NCBI GenBank assembly: GCA_015063645.1
Contig: SVTS01000003.1
Coordinates: 6,422-70,421 of the forward strand
DNA from: Oscillospiraceae bacterium
GTDB lineage: Bacteria; Bacillota; Clostridia; Oscillospirales; CAG-272
DNA length: 64,000 nucleotides
Reading direction: 5' to 3'
Below the pieces are notes generated by a model. The model saw nothing but the letters and a program-made list of their open reading frames with translations, did no database searches and was not told where the DNA came from. Numbering within the stretch: the stretch's first letter is position 1; every line of letters begins with the position of its first letter. Shown one piece after another: positions 19,421 through 29,200 of the stretch. The translations under genes and the position numbers were made by a program.

Positions 19421-20428
19421 ATGGGAAAAAGCATCGGCATCGATCTCGGCACTGCCAATACGATCGTCTATGTAAAAGGGCGCGGCATCGTACTGCGTGA
19501 ACCATCGGTGGTAGCGGTAGAAGCCCGCACCCGCCGTGTGGTGGCAGTAGGCAACGAAGCCAAACTCATGCTGGGCAAAACGCCCGGCTCCATCACGGCG
19601 ATGCGTCCGCTGAAAGACGGCGTTATTGCGGAATTTGACGTTACAGCCGCCATGCTGCGGCATTATTTCGATAAAGTATCCGGCACAACACTTTTCAGCC
19701 GTCCGCGGGTCATTATCTGCATTCCTTACGGTGTGACGGAAGTGGAAAAGCGTGCGGTGGAGGATGTGGCGCTTGAGGCAGGCGCGCAGTCCGTTGCGCT
19801 GATTGAGGAGCCCATCGCCGCCGCCATCGGCGCCGGTCTGAAAGTGGAAGGAGCCCAGGGATCCATGATCGTGGATATCGGCGGCGGCACCACGGAAGTA
19901 GCTGTCACCAGCCTCGGCGGCATTGTCATTTCCAACTCTCTTCGCTCGGCGGGCGATGAGCTGGACGAAGCGATCATCGCCTACATGAAGCGGCGGCACA
20001 ACGTGCTGATCGGCGAAATGACGGCGGAAATGCTGAAGAAGAATATCGGCAGCGTACATAAGCAGTACGACCGGGGCAACATGATCGTCCGCGGACGGAA
20101 TCTGCTCAACGGTCTGCCCGCCACCCTCACCGTATCTTCGGCGGAGATCCGTCTCGCCATGAGCGAGGAAATCGAGCACATCGTTGCCTGCATAGGCAAC
20201 ACACTGGAGAATACCCCCCCGGAGCTGTCCTCCGATATCTATGACAACGGCATCATGCTGGCAGGCGGCGGTGCCCTGCTGGCAGGACTTGATGCGCTGA
20301 TCAGCGCCTTCACCGGCATCCGCACCACCGTTGCCAAAGCGCCGCTGGACTGCGTGGCAATCGGCATCGGCAAAGTGATCGACAGCGTGGGCGAGCTGGG
20401 CGGCATCGTCACGTTCCGCTCCCGCTGA
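19421..20428 (+). CDS. mreB: Rod shape-determining protein MreB
   Basis: IGIDLGTAN, EPSVVA, DIGGGTTE and GGGALL motifs. Confidence 0.97.
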   Translation: MGKSIGIDLGTANTIVYVKGRGIVLREPSVVAVEARTRRVVAVGNEAKLMLGKTPGSITAMRPLKDGVIAEFDVTAAMLRHYFDKVSGTTLFSRPRVIICIPYGVTEVEKRAVEDVALEAGAQSVALIEEPIAAAIGAGLKVEGAQGSMIVDIGGGTTEVAVTSLGGIVISNSLRSAGDELDEAIIAYMKRRHNVLIGEMTAEMLKKNIGSVHKQYDRGNMIVRGRNLLNGLPATLTVSSAEIRLAMSEEIEHIVACIGNTLENTPPELSSDIYDNGIMLAGGGALLAGLDALISAFTGIRTTVAKAPLDCVAIGIGKVIDSVGELGGIVTFRSR

Positions 20429-20443
20429 TACAGGATAACAGTT

Positions 20444-21286
20444 ATGCGTGATTTTCTGAAAAGCAGATTCTTTGTGGTAACGGCGATCATCACGCTGATC
20501 CTGGTCGCCATTCCCACGGTTCTCTCCACCTTCGGTCTGCAGAATTACCTCCGCGGTGCGGTCAATGTTCTCATGACGCCGCTCCAGAAGGGGTTCAACT
20601 ATGTGACCGATGCGCTGGACGGATTTACTTCGTATTTCTCGGAATTTGACGAACTTGTAGCGGAAAACACCCGTCTGAAAATGGAACTGGCACAGCTGAG
20701 CGACCGCATCTACGAAGCGCAGGAAACCGAAACACGCAATGCGTGGCTTATGCAGTTTCTGGAAATGAAGCGCGCCCATACGGATTTCGCCTTCGCGGAT
20801 GCGGTGATCACCGGGCGTGAAAGTGTCAATTATCTGACTGTCCTCACCGTGGATCAGGGTACCGCTCACGGCATTGCTGCCGGCATGCCCGTGGTAACGC
20901 CGGACGGCGTTCTCGGGTTTGTGGATGAAGTCGGCATCAGCTGGGCAAAGATCCGTACGCTGATCGAGGCATCCGCCTCCATCGGCGCCTGTGTGGAGCG
21001 CACGGGCGAGGACGCGCTGATCGAGGGCAGTTTCTCCCTTGCCAAAGAGGGACTCTGCCGTCTCACCTATCTGGATGCGGAATCCGACATACAGGTAGGT
21101 GACCGCATCATCACGAGCGGCTACGGCAGCGTATATCCCCGGGGACTGGTGATCGGTTATGTAACCGAAATCCTCCCTGACGAATACAGCCGCACACTGA
21201 CCGCTACCGTCCGTCCCGCATCCTCCCTGAGCGGTCTGGATCGGGTTATGATTATTACATCCTATGAAACAACAACTCATGAATAA
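20444..21286 (+). CDS. mreC: Rod shape-determining protein MreC
   Basis: TM, coiled coil, G...GMPVV and GDRIITSG..YPRGL.IG motifs. Confidence 0.93.
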   Translation: MRDFLKSRFFVVTAIITLILVAIPTVLSTFGLQNYLRGAVNVLMTPLQKGFNYVTDALDGFTSYFSEFDELVAENTRLKMELAQLSDRIYEAQETETRNAWLMQFLEMKRAHTDFAFADAVITGRESVNYLTVLTVDQGTAHGIAAGMPVVTPDGVLGFVDEVGISWAKIRTLIEASASIGACVERTGEDALIEGSFSLAKEGLCRLTYLDAESDIQVGDRIITSGYGSVYPRGLVIGYVTEILPDEYSRTLTATVRPASSLSGLDRVMIITSYETTTHE

Positions 21287-21920
21287 AACATCCCCTCCGG
21301 TGCAGAAACGGCAAAGACCGCTTCCGCTTTCCCCGCGGGATAAAGTGTCCATTTTTCTGCGGCGTCATCTGCATATTCCCACTCTCCGCCCGGACGGCGA
21401 AACACTGGGAAAAGCAGCGCTGTGCGGCGCGCTGATCGTCTTCTGCGCACTTCTGCAGACGACGGTTTTTGCACGGTTCCGTCCTTTCGGCGCCATTCCG
21501 GATCTGATGCTCCCGCTGGTGATCGCCATCGCTATGACGGAGGGCGAACGCTGGGGTGCGGTCTGCGGTGTGATCGCAGCCTTTATTATCGAATCGCTGG
21601 GAGCGGATACCATCTCGCTGCTCCCTCTTCTTTATATGCCCGCAGGGTATCTCTGCCCCATCATCACGGAGCTGTATCTCACCGACACGGTTCCGGTACG
21701 GCTGATTTATACTGCTGTCAGTACATTGGGGCGCTCGGTCATTTCTCTTCTGTATCTGGCACTGACAGCGGAGCATTTTGATCTGCCGGCGCTGTTTGCC
21801 GGCGTGATTCTGCCGGAATATGCCTCCGCTTTTCTGATGGCGATTCCGGTGCATATTCTTGTTAAGCTGGTATTCCATCCCTTCCACAAATCCCGTTCCG
21901 AGCGCATCGGAACATTGTAA
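21279..21920 (+). CDS. mreD: Rod shape-determining protein MreD
   Basis: Hydrophobic; LLQTT, GAIPDLML; lies between mreC and the PBP gene. Confidence 0.8.
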   Translation: MNKTSPPVQKRQRPLPLSPRDKVSIFLRRHLHIPTLRPDGETLGKAALCGALIVFCALLQTTVFARFRPFGAIPDLMLPLVIAIAMTEGERWGAVCGVIAAFIIESLGADTISLLPLLYMPAGYLCPIITELYLTDTVPVRLIYTAVSTLGRSVISLLYLALTAEHFDLPALFAGVILPEYASAFLMAIPVHILVKLVFHPFHKSRSERIGTL

Positions 21921-21935
21921 TGAAAGGAAAGACAA

Positions 21936-24026
21936 GTGAACGAAAAACGCGGATTCTTTCTCCGCTATGCGGCTCTGGCAGCGGCATTCATCATCGTTTG
22001 TCTGATCTACACCGTGCGGCTGATCCGGATCCAGATCGCGGGGCAGGATTTTTACACCATGACCTCCGACACCGGCTATACCTACCGCACCGAGACCATC
22101 CATGCCCAGCGCGGTGAAATCTACGACACAAACGGCGTTCCCCTCGTTGTAAACGCCTATACATACAATATCAATCTGGACAGCGGCAGCATGCCCCGCG
22201 CTCAGGCGGATAAGAATCAGGTGATTCTCTCCGTTCTGGCTGATGCAGAGGCAACGGGAGAAGCGGACTCTTTTGCTCTGCCCGCCTGCGGTTTTTCCTT
22301 TGCCGCCACCACGGACGGAAAAAAGATCAATGCCGAATTTGTTCCGTCATATCTCACCACCTCCTCCGGCAAAAAACTGTCCCGACTTCTCACGGACATG
22401 AACATTTCTGCGGATGAGAGTGCACAAAAAGCGGCGGAAGCCCTTATGATCCGCTACGGCATTGCCGCCTATGATGAGGAAAAAACACTGATTCTGCAGT
22501 ATGATGCGGAAACGACAGTGCTTCTCTTCACGCTCCGTCTGGATATGGAGCTGAAGGATTTTTCCGCCAGTACACCGTACACTCTGCTGACGGACGTCTC
22601 TTTCCGCCTGCTGTCCCGCATTGAGGAATCCGGCATCCGCGGAATTGCCCCCGTCACACTCGCCTCCAGAGAATATACCTATCCCGGCTACGCCTCCCAC
22701 ATTCTCGGGCGTACCGGAAAAATCCAGCAGGCGTATGTGGCGTACTACACCGAACTCGGGTATCCCCTGGATGCCATCGTGGGCATCAGCGGTGTGGAGC
22801 AGGCATTTGAGGAACATCTCCACGGCGTGGACGGTCAGCGTACTATCGTGGAAGATGCCTACGGCAATATTGTGGACGAATACATCAGCAAAGAGCCCCA
22901 AGCCGGCTCCAACGTCTATCTGACCATCGATATCAAAATGCAGATTGCTGCGGAAGACGCGCTTGCATCCAACATCCAGTACATTGTGGAAAAAGGCAAA
23001 CTGACGGAGGACACACTGGACGGCGAGGATGCGGATGCCGCCGCGCTTTCTGCGATAAACGTCCATACGGGTGCTGTGCTGGCGCTGGCATCCTATCCCT
23101 CCTACAATCTGGCTACGTTCAACGAAGATTATGCTGTCCTGTCCAAAGATCCGGCGGCTCCGTATGTAAACCGGGCGCTGGAAGGATATCCCCCCGGATC
23201 CACGTTCAAAATCGGTGTAGCAGCCGCGGCACTCACCGAAGGGATCATCACTCCCACCACAAAGATCCGCACGGAAGGTCAGTACAAATTCTACTCCACC
23301 TATCAGCCTTCCTGCTGGATCTACAACCAGAAAGGGCTGGTTCACGGCGCCATCAATGTCACCTCCGCCATCCAGGTCTCCTGCAACTATTTCTTCTACG
23401 AAGTGGGCAGACTGCTGACTATCGATACGATGAACAAATACTGCCGCGCATTCGGTCTCGGCGTTCCCACGGGAATTGAGCTGAACGAGAAAACCGGCAT
23501 TCTGGCGGGTCCGGATTACCGAAGCGAAAACGGTCTCGGTGCGTGGAACCCCGGCGACACCCTCGCCGCCGCTATCGGTCAGTCGGACAATCTGTTTACC
23601 CCCCTGCAGATCAGCGTATACATGTCCTCCATCATCAACAACGGTCAGCGGCTGAATGCCCATTTGCTGGACCGCGTGGAGGAATTCCACACCGGCAATA
23701 TTCTCTACAAAGCACAGCCGCAGATCATCGACCGGATTGAACTGGGCGACGGTGTACGGAACGTGCTCCTGAACGCCATGAAGAGTGTTACAGAAAACGG
23801 ATCCGCCGCCCGCGTATTCGCAGGCTATCCCATCGTGATCGGCGGTAAGACCGGTACGGCGCAGGTCTCCAAAACCAAGAGTGACAACGCCATTTTCTCC
23901 GCGTTCGCGCCGTTCAACGATCCCACCATTGCCGTCACCTGCATTATCGAGCAGGGTGCCAACGGTACGGATGCCGGTTTCGCCGTGCGCGATGTATTCG
24001 ATTATTACTTCAACATCAAATCCTGA
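21936..24026 (+). CDS. mrdA: Class B penicillin-binding protein 2
   Basis: RGEIYD, STFK (SxxK), SCN (SxN) and KTGTAQ motifs. Confidence 0.93.
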   Translation: MNEKRGFFLRYAALAAAFIIVCLIYTVRLIRIQIAGQDFYTMTSDTGYTYRTETIHAQRGEIYDTNGVPLVVNAYTYNINLDSGSMPRAQADKNQVILSVLADAEATGEADSFALPACGFSFAATTDGKKINAEFVPSYLTTSSGKKLSRLLTDMNISADESAQKAAEALMIRYGIAAYDEEKTLILQYDAETTVLLFTLRLDMELKDFSASTPYTLLTDVSFRLLSRIEESGIRGIAPVTLASREYTYPGYASHILGRTGKIQQAYVAYYTELGYPLDAIVGISGVEQAFEEHLHGVDGQRTIVEDAYGNIVDEYISKEPQAGSNVYLTIDIKMQIAAEDALASNIQYIVEKGKLTEDTLDGEDADAAALSAINVHTGAVLALASYPSYNLATFNEDYAVLSKDPAAPYVNRALEGYPPGSTFKIGVAAAALTEGIITPTTKIRTEGQYKFYSTYQPSCWIYNQKGLVHGAINVTSAIQVSCNYFFYEVGRLLTIDTMNKYCRAFGLGVPTGIELNEKTGILAGPDYRSENGLGAWNPGDTLAAAIGQSDNLFTPLQISVYMSSIINNGQRLNAHLLDRVEEFHTGNILYKAQPQIIDRIELGDGVRNVLLNAMKSVTENGSAARVFAGYPIVIGGKTGTAQVSKTKSDNAIFSAFAPFNDPTIAVTCIIEQGANGTDAGFAVRDVFDYYFNIKS

Positions 24027-24036
24027 GGAGGTTATC

Positions 24037-26157
24037 ATGTCCCATTCTATCTTCCGCGGCAAGTGGATCTGTGATCCCCGCTTCGCTGCGCTGGTGCCCC
24101 TGCAGGTCTACGGACGGGAGCTGGACACACAAAGCAAAACTTTCAAGGAACAGCTGAAAAATGCACATCCGCAGGAACTGACGAATGTGCATGTCCTTTT
24201 CCGCCGCTCTTTCACCCTTGCAAAGCAGCCCGGCAGATATATTCTCCGCATCTCCGCGGATGATTACATGAAGCTGAAAGTCAACGGCTGCTTTGTCGGG
24301 CAGGGACCGACTCCCGGTTATACTTTCGCCTATTATTACAACGAATTTGATATCACCGACTCCCTCCACACCGGCAGCAACACGATTCTGGCGCACGTCC
24401 ATTATCAGGGGCTGATCAACCGCGTCTGCATGAGCGGGGATCTGCGCATGGGTCTCATCGCCGATCTGATCGCGCCGGACGGCAGCGTCATTCTCTCCAC
24501 GGATGACACCTGGGAATATGCGCCCATAAACAACTACACCGGCAGCCGGAAATGCGGCTATGACACACAGTTTCTGGAGGATTACGACAGCCGGATTCCC
24601 GCCGCCGCTTTCGCCCCTGCAGCCGTACGCCAGTATGACGATATTGAATTCGCCCCCACCCCCGCAGTGCCGGTAATGATCTACGAAAAGCTGCCCGCGA
24701 TTACAGAAGAACTGCCCGGCGGCGGTCTTTTCCTGGATTTCGGTCAGGAGATCACCGGCACGCTGAAAATCTCCGCCAGCGGCGAGAGCGGCACTGTACT
24801 GCGCATCCTCTGCGGAGAGGAGACGGACGGTTCCCCCGAAAAAGTGCGCTGGAAGATGCGCTGCAACTGCGTCTACGAGGACACATGGACGCTGAAAGGC
24901 GGAGCGGACACATGGGAAATGTACGATTACAAGGCATTCCGTTATGTCGCGCTGGTACCCGCTGAGGGTTCTGCTTCCATCGGGATCGGCAGCGTTTCCG
25001 CCATTGTACGTCATGCCCGTTTTGACGATGATGCATGCACGCTGAATGCGGATGACAAGATACTGGAAGCCGTGTTCAATGTCTGCAAGAACGGCGTGAA
25101 ATTCGGCACGCAGGAAGTCTATGTAGACTGTCCTTCCCGTGAAAAGGGACAGTATGCCGGTGACATGACCGTCACCTCCGGTTCTCAGCTGTGGCTGACC
25201 GGCGATCCTTATATGCTGGAAAAGGCGATCCGTGAACAGGCACGCTCCGCCAGGATCGACGAGGGGCTGATGGCGGTAACGCCCGGCTCCCTGATGCAGG
25301 AGATTGCGGACTATTCCCTGCAGTTCCCGCTGCTTCTGCTGCGCCATTACCACTGGACGCATGACAAAGCATTCCTCGCCGAAATGCTTCCCACAGCGGA
25401 AGCGATGCTGGACACATTCCGCAGGTACGCCCGCGAAGATGGACTGCTGGACGGTGTAACCAGCAAATGGAATCTGGTAGACTGGCCGGAAAATCTGCGT
25501 GACGATTACAATTTCAAGCTGGTTCGTCCCATCGGGTCCGGCGTGCATAACGTGATCAACGCCTTCTACGTAGGCTGTACGCTGAATATTGAAGAGATCA
25601 AGGATATTCTGGGCATCCCCCACGATAACGCCGGGGAAAGGCTCACAGCGGCATTCAATGCCCTGTTTCTGGATGCAGAAACAGGTCTGTATGTGGATGC
25701 GGAAGGCAGCCGCCATTCGTCCCTGCACGCCAACATGCTGCCCGCATTCTACGGATTTGTCCCTGAAGCAAACCGCCGCTCTGTAGGCGATCATCTGGTG
25801 AATCGCGGCGTGGTTTGCGGTGTGTATATGACGTATTTCCTGCTGCGCGGACTCTGTCGGCTGGGACGTCACGAAGACGTCTACCGCATCATCACCTCGC
25901 AGGATGAGAATTCCTGGTACAACATGGTGCGCGAAGGCGCTACCACATGCTACGAAGCATGGGGCAAGGATAAAAAATGGAACACCAGCCTCTGCCACCC
26001 CTGGGCAAGCGCCCCGATCGTTGTGCTGATCGAGGAACTGCTCTCCGTCACCCCCGACGGTGATATCGGAGAGCCCCATCTCCCCGCCGGTATCGGCAGG
26101 ATTCAGATGAGGATTCCTACGAATCGGGGATGGGTAGAGGTGTGTGTTGAAAGATAA
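24037..26157 (+). CDS. GH78 alpha-L-rhamnosidase family
   Basis: GAGGAGG RBS; SADD, LDFGQE, DCPSREK, DWP, GATTCYEAW and SLCHPW motifs; no signal peptide. Confidence 0.88.
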   Translation: MSHSIFRGKWICDPRFAALVPLQVYGRELDTQSKTFKEQLKNAHPQELTNVHVLFRRSFTLAKQPGRYILRISADDYMKLKVNGCFVGQGPTPGYTFAYYYNEFDITDSLHTGSNTILAHVHYQGLINRVCMSGDLRMGLIADLIAPDGSVILSTDDTWEYAPINNYTGSRKCGYDTQFLEDYDSRIPAAAFAPAAVRQYDDIEFAPTPAVPVMIYEKLPAITEELPGGGLFLDFGQEITGTLKISASGESGTVLRILCGEETDGSPEKVRWKMRCNCVYEDTWTLKGGADTWEMYDYKAFRYVALVPAEGSASIGIGSVSAIVRHARFDDDACTLNADDKILEAVFNVCKNGVKFGTQEVYVDCPSREKGQYAGDMTVTSGSQLWLTGDPYMLEKAIREQARSARIDEGLMAVTPGSLMQEIADYSLQFPLLLLRHYHWTHDKAFLAEMLPTAEAMLDTFRRYAREDGLLDGVTSKWNLVDWPENLRDDYNFKLVRPIGSGVHNVINAFYVGCTLNIEEIKDILGIPHDNAGERLTAAFNALFLDAETGLYVDAEGSRHSSLHANMLPAFYGFVPEANRRSVGDHLVNRGVVCGVYMTYFLLRGLCRLGRHEDVYRIITSQDENSWYNMVREGATTCYEAWGKDKKWNTSLCHPWASAPIVVLIEELLSVTPDGDIGEPHLPAGIGRIQMRIPTNRGWVEVCVER

Positions 26158-26163
26158 AAAGTT

Positions 26164-26201
26164 TAACCGCCCACATCGGCAATTGCCGATGTGGGCGGTT
26201 A
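26164..26201. terminator. Perfect 38-bp palindrome between convergent genes (probable bidirectional terminator)
   Basis: TAACCGCCCACATCGGCAA directly followed by TTGCCGATGTGGGCGGTTA. Confidence 0.7.
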
Positions 26202-26210
26202 TCTATTCAC

Positions 26211-29200
26211 TCAGTTTTCCAGCATACGTACAACGGGATCATAAGTAAATCCAAAATAGGTTGTATACTGAATCCATACATACTTATAGGATGTACTATA
26301 AGGATAGGTACCAACAGGAATATCAAACGAATGAAAAATTGATGAATCAGAAATCGTAATTGAATCACTGCTGGTATAATATGAACCATAGGCAGTATCA
26401 AAAGTAGTGTTTGTTACATTTGATTCTGTCGAATTCGTAAATACATACTTAACCACACCAGAATACGGAACTCTGAATGCAATACTGTCCCCAGCTTGGA
26501 ATGGATCATATACAAATCCGTTAGCAGTGATCGAAGAACTGCCTGTTCCCGTACCTGTCCCCGGGTATCCGGAACCGCTGCTCGAAGTAAGGATAAACTT
26601 GGGGGATGTAAGTGTACCCGCTGTTGTTACCATCCAAACAGTCAAATACTTTTCGGTTGTGTCTACTGTCAGTGTAAGGGATCTGGAGGAACCGGTTGAA
26701 GTAACAGTTGTTTTCCCCCCCTTGCCGATAGAAACAAGCAATCCTGATAGTTCATTATAGTTAGAAGCACCTGCTACCGCTCCTATTTTGAACATCTCCA
26801 GCCAATCATTAATGTCATTTGTATCAGAATAACTATAGTACAATGTACCAGTTACCGCAGGATTATAATACAGACTGTACCCGTTCAAATACGGAGTAGA
26901 ATTAAATGCTTCCTGCATATAGCTGGAACCGCCACCAGTACTGCCTCCGCCTACACGGAGACAGACAGGTTTATAGTAACCGCCAGTACCGCCCTCAGCA
27001 TTCTGAAACATAACAACCACATATGGATATCCAGAAGGATTACTTATCGTATACAGACTCTGTGAGTCCCTGCCAATGCTTGTACTTAGCGTTCCTCTCA
27101 GTCTTTCCAATGTTGAACTGTTATACATTGAGAAAAATGCATTCACTGTAGTGGGGGTATAATTGGTTGAATTGGTGAAGTAATAATAAATCGTTCCATA
27201 TTCCATGGTACTGAATGACAGGGTGGGGTAGCCTGATGCGGTCGATGCAGCGGATACTGTCGGGGTTACAGCAAAACCGGTGGACGCCATAGAATAGCCG
27301 GAGGTACCATCTGTCTTGAGATAAATCGGCTCATAGATATTTCCCACATCATCCTGGAAGATAATTGCAATAAATTCGGGAAGTTCATCTTCGGGAAAAT
27401 CATTAATGACAATATACTCCGCCTTATTGGCTGTAACTACCTTATGATTATTGTTGCCAGCACCAAACAATGCGTTTGCAATAATACTATCGACATCCAG
27501 TTCTTCATCCTTTGAATCAGTGTAGTAATAGAATATATTACCATTCTTTCTGGCAGTAAAGTCAATCTGGTGAGAAACCGTAAACACACTGTACATGGGA
27601 CCTGCGAGGAAGAGATCACCAACTTCTATCTGTGTAATATCCACTTTAGCGAGCGGCACAACGATCGGCTTGTAGTTCTGACCGTTGACACTCATCATCA
27701 GTGCCAAATACTTATAAGTTGTCTGTGTGGTAGCTGCAAGATTTGTCTGCAGCGCAGCAGAACTGAAACTGCTGGTTGTAATATAACCACCGGTTTTGGA
27801 TGCCAGGTAAGAACTGACGGAATTCTCATAATTTCGCAGGAACACATCTGCATTGGCAACGCTGGTGCTGTTGGTCATGTAATAATATACTCTGGAAGAG
27901 TACGATGTATTCGGCGTCAGATAGAAATATCCGTTTGCCACAGAAACTGTAGGAACTGCATTGAAACCGGTTCCAGTCAGATCAAGAGCAACACCCGAAG
28001 TAGAAACCACCACAGGATTATACCGGGTAGTACCGGAGGTAAGCCGGAGCACTACATACGGGTAGCTGGATGCAGAAACATTCTTGCCGATCATCAGCGT
28101 AGCAGATTTGCCGGCGGTGACAGTGGCAGCACCGGTCATTGCCGTATCCGCCAGTGCAAGATTGGTATCAAACTGTGCTGCGGAGGGTTCTACGTTGCTG
28201 GAGGAGAAATAATACTGCAGCGTACCGGTATTGGCGGCATTATAGCTCAGCGCAATTCCGTCTGCGGTCAGTGTGCACTTGGGAGTGGAGCTGAAGCCGT
28301 TGCCCAGGGAAGAAACGGTTGCCTTAGCGGGAACCAGGACGGGCTGGTAGTTCTCACCGATCTTCTCTTCCAGCATTACTGCGATATACGCATAATTGCT
28401 GACGCGGGAGGTGGAGAGAAGCACGGAGCTTGCGCTCTTGCCTGCGCTCACGTCCACTGTTCCCTTATAGGAAGTGGAATTTGCGGTATAGGTAGAACTG
28501 AAGCTGGATACGGTAGGGACATCGCTGTTATTGGTATAGTAATAGTACAGCGTACCGCCTACAGTAGGAGTATACGCGAGATAGTGATAGGAATTGCTGG
28601 TGGAGACTTCCGGAGCAACGCTGAAGCCGGAAGATGCGCGGTTGGAAATCACCAGCGGATCATAAGAGTTGCCGTTATTATCGCGAAGCATAACAATGAT
28701 ATAGGGATATGCCGCAGATGCCATGGCAGTAGCGACATTCTTATCCATTGTTGTCTTGGCAACGGTATAGCTTCCCTTGACAGCGGAAGCTTCATGGAAG
28801 CTGTCAAACGTTGTCTTGGAGGGAGCCGTCGCATTGGAAGTAAAGTAATAATACAGGGTACCGTTGGCGATAGAAGTCGAGGTCAAAAAGCAGGAGGATG
28901 CGGAAGCATAGCTGGAGGGAACTTCCGTAAATCCGGTATTGGCAGCGGTGGTGCTGCTGCCGGAATACTTGATACCGTCAAAATGAGCGGTAACACCGGA
29001 AGCGAGCTCATAGGTCGTGGGAACCTTATCTGCTTCAAATCCGTCGGCATCCACATACAGTTCTTCAACGACACCGTAACCGGTAGCGGAAGAATTCTTG
29101 GCATCCTTCTCTACTGTCAGCTTACCGATCACAGTACGGGAGGAAACCTCGATACGACCGGGGGTCTTCAGCTGTACTTCGCCGATATCCAGACCGCTGC

